From NCBI RefSeq assembly GCF_003966335.1, contig NZ_CP034549.1, positions 630,001-662,000 on the forward strand: 32,000 nt of DNA, given 5' to 3'. Below the pieces are notes generated by a model. That model did not search any database, was not told where the DNA came from, and worked only from the letters and a program-made list of their open reading frames with translations. Position 1 is the first letter of the stretch. The number at the start of each line of letters is the position of its first letter. The translations under genes and the position numbers were made by a program. This document shows, in pieces, positions 26,576-32,000 of the stretch. This DNA comes from Nonlabens ponticola (lineage in GTDB: Bacteria; Bacteroidota; Bacteroidia; Flavobacteriales; Flavobacteriaceae).

Positions 26576-27006
26576 CTATAAAAATCATCAACAAATCTGG
26601 ACATGAGCTACCTGCTTATGAAACTGTAGGAAGCGCTGGTATGGATATACGCGCATCGATAACAGAATGCATTGTTCTTGAACCTCTAGAAAGAGCCATT
26701 GTAAAAACAGGTTTGTTTATCGAGTTACCCGTAGGTTATGAGGCACAAGTGCGACCTCGCAGTGGTCTCGCTGCCAAAAAAGGTATCACAGTCCTCAACT
26801 CACCAGGAACCATAGATGCCGATTATCGCGGCGAGATAGGCGTGATTTTGGTCAATCTTTCAAATCAGAATTTCCCTATAGAAAACGGCGAGCGCATCGC
26901 ACAATTGGTAATCGCACATCATGAGCAACCACAATGGCAAGAGGTTGAGGTTTTGAGCGATACAGATCGCGGTGCAGGTGGTTTTGGGAGTACTGGAAAC
27001 AAGTAG
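26572..27006 (+). CDS. dut: dUTP diphosphatase
   Basis: 144 aa with motifs [25 protein letters not shown], and C-terminal [14 protein letters not shown] overlap with the flippase gene. Confidence 0.95.
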   Translation: MTIKIINKSGHELPAYETVGSAGMDIRASITECIVLEPLERAIVKTGLFIELPVGYEAQVRPRSGLAAKKGITVLNSPGTIDADYRGEIGVILVNLSNQNFPIENGERIAQLVIAHHEQPQWQEVEVLSDTDRGAGGFGSTGNK

Positions 27007-27036
27007 AAGATCCTTATATTGTATTCAGTCCGTTTT

Positions 27037-27061
27037 GGATTACGCTTTCGCGAAAGCGTAA
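27037..27061. repeat. palindromic repeat copy 10 (22-bp perfect palindrome TTACGCTTTCGCGAAAGCGTAA, preceded by GGA)
   Basis: Intergenic, between dut and the TPR gene. This is the most complete copy in the window. Confidence 0.95.
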
Positions 27062-27085
27062 CATCATAAAAACTGCTCAAAAAAT

Positions 27086-28009
27086 ATGAAGACAAATTTC
27101 CTGACCATTTTCACCATTGTCTGTGCCATATTGGTTGCAGAAGCTCAAGAAAGCTCTATAAAATCACAAGCCGAAGAGGCCTGTGAGTGTATCAAATTAA
27201 TTGACCGTAATGAGGAAAAACTAGAGCAAAACAAACAGGTTGAGGCATGTATAAATGATGCAATTATGGCCGATCAGCTGCTAAGCAAATTAGGAAGTGC
27301 ATTAGAAAAAGCAAATGATAGCACAAATACGGACAAAGAGATCAATATCACCATCAATTCTGATGAAGGATATGAAAAGATTGAGCGCAAATTAATTGAT
27401 AACTGTGTCGCTTTAAATATTCTTCTCAACGATGCTAAACCTACTAGTCAGAATTCTTTTTCTGAAAATAAAAAGGCGATTGAATTTTATCGCCAAGGTT
27501 ATGAAGCCTACAATTCTGGAGATTTAGAGAAAGCAGTAGAACTATATGGTAAAGCCGTTGAGACAGACAAAAAATTTGCCTTTGCTTGGGACATGTTAGG
27601 CATAGCTCATAGAAGGCTGGACAATTATGATGATGCAATTGCTGCCTACAAGAAATCATTGAAAATTGACCCCAAAGGAAAAATGCCATTACAAAATCTG
27701 CCTATTGCTTATAGATTGAATGATGACGTAAAAAATGCTATCAAAACTTATGAAAAACTCATTAAGCACTATCCTGAAGATCCAGAAGGATATTTTGGCC
27801 TAGCTCAATGTGGACTAATGACAAAAAACTATGAGTTAGCGGCTGATAATATTTTTCCCGCTTACAAAATGTATGCTGAGGTAAATTCTCCCTATAAACA
27901 GGATGCAGAAATTGTTTTAAGTGAGGTATACCAAGGCATGAAAGCAAATGACAATCTAGATAAGTTTAGAAAAATCGCCAAAAAACATGATATTACCCTA
28001 GAAGAGTAA
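27086..28009 (+). CDS. secreted TPR-repeat protein
   Basis: 307 aa with a signal peptide. TPR helices (AIEFYRQGYEAYNSGDLEKAVELYGKAVETD..., AIAAYKKSLKIDP). Confidence 0.75.
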   Translation: MKTNFLTIFTIVCAILVAEAQESSIKSQAEEACECIKLIDRNEEKLEQNKQVEACINDAIMADQLLSKLGSALEKANDSTNTDKEINITINSDEGYEKIERKLIDNCVALNILLNDAKPTSQNSFSENKKAIEFYRQGYEAYNSGDLEKAVELYGKAVETDKKFAFAWDMLGIAHRRLDNYDDAIAAYKKSLKIDPKGKMPLQNLPIAYRLNDDVKNAIKTYEKLIKHYPEDPEGYFGLAQCGLMTKNYELAADNIFPAYKMYAEVNSPYKQDAEIVLSEVYQGMKANDNLDKFRKIAKKHDITLEE

Positions 28010-28015
28010 TGGCCT

Positions 28016-28471
28016 GTGACATTTAATTTACAAATGCGACCTCAGGCGCTCATCGTTTTAGTGTTATGGACGCTATCTAGTTGCCGCCATAATAGACACG
28101 ATGTTGATATTTCAGGTTGCTATAAATCGGTAAAAGGCGATCCAGTTGCATGGTGGCAAAGCGAAGAGATCGATGGTATTGCCATAGGACCTCATTTGAA
28201 TCTTATGCCAGACAGCACCTTTATCTATGAGACTTGCGGTACTACTTTTCAAGGTCACTGGACACAGGACGATAAAAATCTATTTCTTTATCAAACAAGC
28301 TATCACATCAGGTGGAGAGATTCCAGCCTAACAGATCAGCAACATATCAAACTTATGAGTGATGAATTCTTTGAATTTGACATAGTAGACGGAAGATTGG
28401 TTGCCATTTTTAAAAACGAGCGCTCTAAGAAAAGATCTCGATTGACATTAGAAAAAATCACTGGCAGTTGA
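28016..28471 (+). CDS. hypothetical lipoprotein/secreted protein
   Basis: 151 aa, GTG start, hydrophobic N-terminus followed by SSC. Confidence 0.45.
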   Translation: MTFNLQMRPQALIVLVLWTLSSCRHNRHDVDISGCYKSVKGDPVAWWQSEEIDGIAIGPHLNLMPDSTFIYETCGTTFQGHWTQDDKNLFLYQTSYHIRWRDSSLTDQQHIKLMSDEFFEFDIVDGRLVAIFKNERSKKRSRLTLEKITGS

Positions 28472-28576
28472 TTTGTTCTTGTTTCTATTCTTAAATAGAA
28501 CAAGCATAAGCTTCCAAATTTTTACCTTCGCTCAATTACTAACAACAAACAGCTTTCCGCCAGAGCGGAAATTATT

Positions 28577-29593
28577 ATGAAAATAATCGTTCCCATGGCC
28601 GGTCGCGGCTCTAGACTTAGACCACACTCACTTACAACGCCCAAACCTCTTATTCCTATTGCAAACAAACCTATCGTGCATCGATTGGTGACTGACATTG
28701 CCAGAATATTGAACGAGCCTATCACAGAGATAGCTTTTATTCTGGGCGATCCAGCCTTTTTTGGCGATCAGGTGGTAAAAAGCCTTGAAGAGCTAGCCAA
28801 AGGTTTGGGCGCTAAAGCTAGCATCTATAGACAACTACAACCATTGGGTACAGGACATGCCATCATGTGTGCAGAACCATCACTTGACGGTCCAGCTGTG
28901 GTAGCTTATGCGGATACCTTGATAAGAGCAGACTTTGAGCTTGATCCAGCAGCAGACGCCGTTATCTGGACAAAACAAGTAGATCAACCTGAAGCTTATG
29001 GTGTGGTAAAACTTAACGATAAGCATGAGATCACAGAACTTGTTGAGAAACCTCAAGAATTTGTGAGCGATCAAGCAGTTATCGGGATTTATTACTTCAA
29101 ACAAATTTCAAATCTCAAAAAACAGTTACAACATGTGATTGACAATAACATCATACATGGTGGTGAGTACCAGATCAACGATGGTATTAAGGGCATGATG
29201 AAAGCTGGCAACATTTTCAAGACTGGAACCGTTGATGAATGGATGGATTGCGGTAACAAGAATGTTGCGATAGATACCAACACTCGCATCATGAAATTCA
29301 TGGAGCAGGATGGCAGCGATGAGCTGGATACCACCGCAACCCTAGAAAATTCTAAAATTATCCAGCCGTGCGTAATTGCTGATAATGTGATTTTAAGAAA
29401 TAGTACAATAGGTCCTCATGTGAGCATAGGCGCTGGCAGTGTGATAGAAAACTGTACGATCAAGGATAGCCTCATACAAACCAACAGTCATATAAAAAAC
29501 GCCCAACTAGACCAAGCCATGATAGGCAATCACGTCAAATACGATGGTGATTTCACACACATCAGTATAGGTGATTACACCACGATGGAATAA
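28577..29593 (+). CDS. sugar-phosphate nucleotidyltransferase with a C-terminal left-handed beta-helix domain
   Basis: N-terminal PMAGRGSRLRP...KPL signature of NTP-transferases, plus C-terminal hexapeptide-like repeats. Confidence 0.85.
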   Translation: MKIIVPMAGRGSRLRPHSLTTPKPLIPIANKPIVHRLVTDIARILNEPITEIAFILGDPAFFGDQVVKSLEELAKGLGAKASIYRQLQPLGTGHAIMCAEPSLDGPAVVAYADTLIRADFELDPAADAVIWTKQVDQPEAYGVVKLNDKHEITELVEKPQEFVSDQAVIGIYYFKQISNLKKQLQHVIDNNIIHGGEYQINDGIKGMMKAGNIFKTGTVDEWMDCGNKNVAIDTNTRIMKFMEQDGSDELDTTATLENSKIIQPCVIADNVILRNSTIGPHVSIGAGSVIENCTIKDSLIQTNSHIKNAQLDQAMIGNHVKYDGDFTHISIGDYTTME

Positions 29594-29613
29594 TAATTGA
29601 ACAGACCAACCAC

Positions 29614-30963
29614 ATGAAAATCCAGCTCGTATTTTTTGCCATGTTTTTCTGCCTGATGGTTTCGGCGCAGGAAGATGTGACGCTGGAAGATGTAAATGTG
29701 GACGATCTGGGTATCGTCAATGATGCCTTTAAGGAAAACTTCTTTGATGCTTTATCAGAAAAGGCACGCGGCAACCATGATCGAGCCATTGAGAAATTGC
29801 TGAAATGCGAGAAATTAGAGCCTGAATCTGGCGCGGTGCAATTAGAACTTGCAAAGAATTATATGGCTAGTAACGCTTTCGCGAAAGCGGAATCACACCT
29901 ACTTAAAACCATACAATTATCAGGAGAACGAGAGTGGATCCTCGATACCTTACTCGAGAATTATGAAAGCCAGAAGCAATATGATAAGGCACTCAGTACA
30001 TTAAAAAAGCTGATTGACATCAACGACTCTTATAGAGAATTACTGCCTATCGCATATTTAAAAGTGGAAGATGAGTCTAGCGCATTGCAAGCACTCGATG
30101 CGCTAGATCGCGATTTAGGCCCTAGCGATAAGCGCAACAGATTGAGGAGAACATTACAAAAAACTACCGCGACCACAGGTTCACAACCTGTAATAGATCT
30201 TGAAGAGCGACTTAGCTCTAATCCAAAAAATTCAGACCTATATGCGCAATTAATGTACGCTTACAGCCAGACCCAGGACGAGGAAAAAATGTTGAGCGTT
30301 GCAGCGAGATGGCGTCAAAATATTCCTAGTGATGACCAGCCGTATCTAGCACTTTATAAAATCTACCTCAATCGTGGTGATATAGAAAAAGGGTTATCAA
30401 GTCTGGTAAGAGTGCTCAAGTCCTCACAATTAGATGATCAAGTTAAATCGCAAGTAATTACCGATTATTTGAATGCTATTGAATCGCGCCCAGAACTGGC
30501 CTCTCAAGTGGATGAGATCATGAAGATTTATGAAAGTCAGATTGAAGACACACAAGCTTTTATTGCATTAGGCAATTTTTATAAAGAAAAGAATCAATTG
30601 AATCGTGCCGTACGTTTTTACCAAATGGCATTAGATCAAGATGATCAGGATTTTGATTTGATTAAAATAACATCGCTGTTGTACCTGGACCTGGGAAAAT
30701 TTGATGATGCGGCGACCATCAGCGAACAAGCGTTGGAAATCTATCCAGCACAATCATTGTTGTACTTAATCAATGGTGCTGCTCTAAATCAGCTGCAAGA
30801 ATATAAGAAGGCAATAACAGTGCTGGAAACTGGGTTATCATTTTTACTGGATGAGCCGCAACTGGAAAAAGATATTTATGAGCAGCTGTTGCTGTCCTAT
30901 GAAAAACTAGGCGACAATAAAAAAGCTGCATCATTGCGTGAAACACTGCGCGACTTGAATTAG
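29614..30963 (+). CDS. secreted TPR-repeat protein
   Basis: 449 aa with a signal peptide and many TPR-like helices. Contains palindrome copy 11, in frame. Confidence 0.75.
   Translation: MKIQLVFFAMFFCLMVSAQEDVTLEDVNVDDLGIVNDAFKENFFDALSEKARGNHDRAIEKLLKCEKLEPESGAVQLELAKNYMASNAFAKAESHLLKTIQLSGEREWILDTLLENYESQKQYDKALSTLKKLIDINDSYRELLPIAYLKVEDESSALQALDALDRDLGPSDKRNRLRRTLQKTTATTGSQPVIDLEERLSSNPKNSDLYAQLMYAYSQTQDEEKMLSVAARWRQNIPSDDQPYLALYKIYLNRGDIEKGLSSLVRVLKSSQLDDQVKSQVITDYLNAIESRPELASQVDEIMKIYESQIEDTQAFIALGNFYKEKNQLNRAVRFYQMALDQDDQDFDLIKITSLLYLDLGKFDDAATISEQALEIYPAQSLLYLINGAALNQLQEYKKAITVLETGLSFLLDEPQLEKDIYEQLLLSYEKLGDNKKAASLRETLRDLN
29870..29894. repeat. palindromic repeat copy 11 (exact core), inside the TPR protein CDS
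   Basis: gtaac-GCTTTCGCGAAAGC-ggaatc, which encodes SNAFAKAES. 23 nt are identical to intergenic copy 4. Confidence 0.9.
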
Positions 30964-30968
30964 AATTT

Positions 30969-31727
30969 ATGAGACTTAAAAGTATTACCTACATAGCGAT
31001 CGCATTGATAATCACTGCTTGCGGCACATCAAGACTAGCGTCTGAGGATGCCTCAACTACCGCTGCCAAAACCAAAATCATCAACTCGCACAATAATGCA
31101 GCGATCAATTTTACTACAATGCAATCAAGACTGCGTGTGCGATTTCAAAATCCAGATCAAAATCGTAGCGTGAGTGTTGACCTGCGTATGAAACAAGGAG
31201 AGCACATCTGGATGAGTGCACGCATTTTAGGAATTACCCTTGCCAAAGTCAGCATCACACCAGATCGGGTCCAGTTTTACGAGAAGTTGAATAACCGTTC
31301 TTTTGATGGTGATTTTTCTATTATTTCAGAGTTTTTAGGTGAAGAGCTCAACTATCAGCAACTTGAGAATTTGTTGTTGGGTCAGGCGTTTGAGCCTTTA
31401 AATAATTTACAGTACAGTGTAATTGACAATGAGTACCAATTCAAGTCTAAGCAAGGAACCATAGAAAAGCTATTCATGCTGCGCCCAGCAGACTTTAAAA
31501 CGTCTAGACAATCAGTTGTGAAATCAGACGAGAACAGCTCGCTTGATGCGCGCTATCCACAATACCAGATGGTTGACAATAAGATCATACCATTAGAGCT
31601 CAACATCAATGCTAACCAGAAGGGCAAGTTGACTCGAGTGGAGCTTGAGTTCAATAACGTAGAATTTGGTCAAGATTTGAGTTTTCCATTTAGCATGCCT
31701 AGCAATACTAGGCCATATAATTTCTAG
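30969..31727 (+). CDS. hypothetical lipoprotein (DUF4292-like by recollection of flavobacterial synteny, unverified)
   Basis: 252 aa with lipobox IITAC. Lies 5 nt after the TPR gene. Confidence 0.6.
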   Translation: MRLKSITYIAIALIITACGTSRLASEDASTTAAKTKIINSHNNAAINFTTMQSRLRVRFQNPDQNRSVSVDLRMKQGEHIWMSARILGITLAKVSITPDRVQFYEKLNNRSFDGDFSIISEFLGEELNYQQLENLLLGQAFEPLNNLQYSVIDNEYQFKSKQGTIEKLFMLRPADFKTSRQSVVKSDENSSLDARYPQYQMVDNKIIPLELNINANQKGKLTRVELEFNNVEFGQDLSFPFSMPSNTRPYNF

Positions 31728-32000
31728 ATGAGAACAGCTGTAATCTTATTGTTGTTTCTTTTTGGGACAAGTTCTATTGCTTTCTCACAATCTGAAAAAG
31801 CAAAACTAGAACGCCAACGTGCCGCGATACAGGCACAAATCAATCAATACGATAAGTTGTTGCGTGCTGCACGCAGTGAAGGTGAGTCTGTACTTACTCG
31901 ATTAGAAGCTATCGATGCAAGGATCAAAAAGACCCAGCAAATTATCAATATTACTAATAAGCAAGCAAATATTATTACTCGCGATATTGCTACCAACAAG
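31728..32000 (+). CDS. secreted coiled-coil protein, first 91 codons only; possibly the N-terminus of an EnvC-like M23 peptidase
   Basis: The ATG at 31728 abuts the TAG of the upstream gene. The translation MRTAVILLLFLFGTSSIAFSQ + KLERQRAAIQAQINQYDKLL... shows a signal peptide and a coiled coil. The frame is open to the window edge. Confidence 0.5.
   Translation, partial: MRTAVILLLFLFGTSSIAFSQSEKAKLERQRAAIQAQINQYDKLLRAARSEGESVLTRLEAIDARIKKTQQIINITNKQANIITRDIATNK

Noticed and set aside
2097-29888. The recurring palindrome as a CRISPR array
   Set aside because: Copies are 0.8-5 kb apart rather than separated by 25-50 nt spacers. They lie inside housekeeping ORFs, and no cas genes are present.
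1-32000. Search for a defence island, prophage, toxin-antitoxin system, transposase or integrase
   Set aside because: Every sizeable ORF is either a recognisable housekeeping or envelope gene, or a small lipoprotein or TPR protein. I found no nuclease, ATPase, integrase or transposase motifs outside RecA, DprA and the ABC ATPase, so I do not claim a novel protein-based system here.

Overview
This window looks like a core chromosomal segment of a Flavobacteriia-type (Bacteroidota) genome. About 37 tightly packed genes fill it. They include the complete F-type ATP synthase operon (atpBEFHAG, minus strand) preceded by a bactofilin gene and a large TPR lipoprotein gene, an ABC-transporter module, a PaaE-like ferredoxin reductase, scoAB CoA-transferase, an M23 peptidase, dprA, trpS, plsC, an ECF sigma/anti-sigma pair, recA, trhO, a PhzF-family gene, rsmI, a Wzx-like flippase, dut, and a nucleotidyltransferase/TPR/lipoprotein cluster. 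I found no rRNA, tRNA, CRISPR array, prophage, transposase or recognisable defence system. The gene content is ordinary. The unusual feature is at the DNA-word level: a 14-bp perfect palindrome, GCTTTCGCGAAAGC (consensus about 28 bp, GGATTACGCTTTCGCGAAAGCGTAATCC), occurs 11 times (9 exact, 2 at 13/14). Five copies are intergenic and six lie in frame inside unrelated ORFs, where they encode AFAKA or FRES. The arms are edited where a perfect copy would create a stop codon, subsets share extended identity, and spacing is quasi-regular at about 2.8 kb. A separate ~115-nt two-hairpin element lies upstream of recA. Several TAnnTTTG (Bacteroidota -7 box) matches sit just upstream of start codons. All functional calls rest on motif recognition in the supplied translations; no searches were run.
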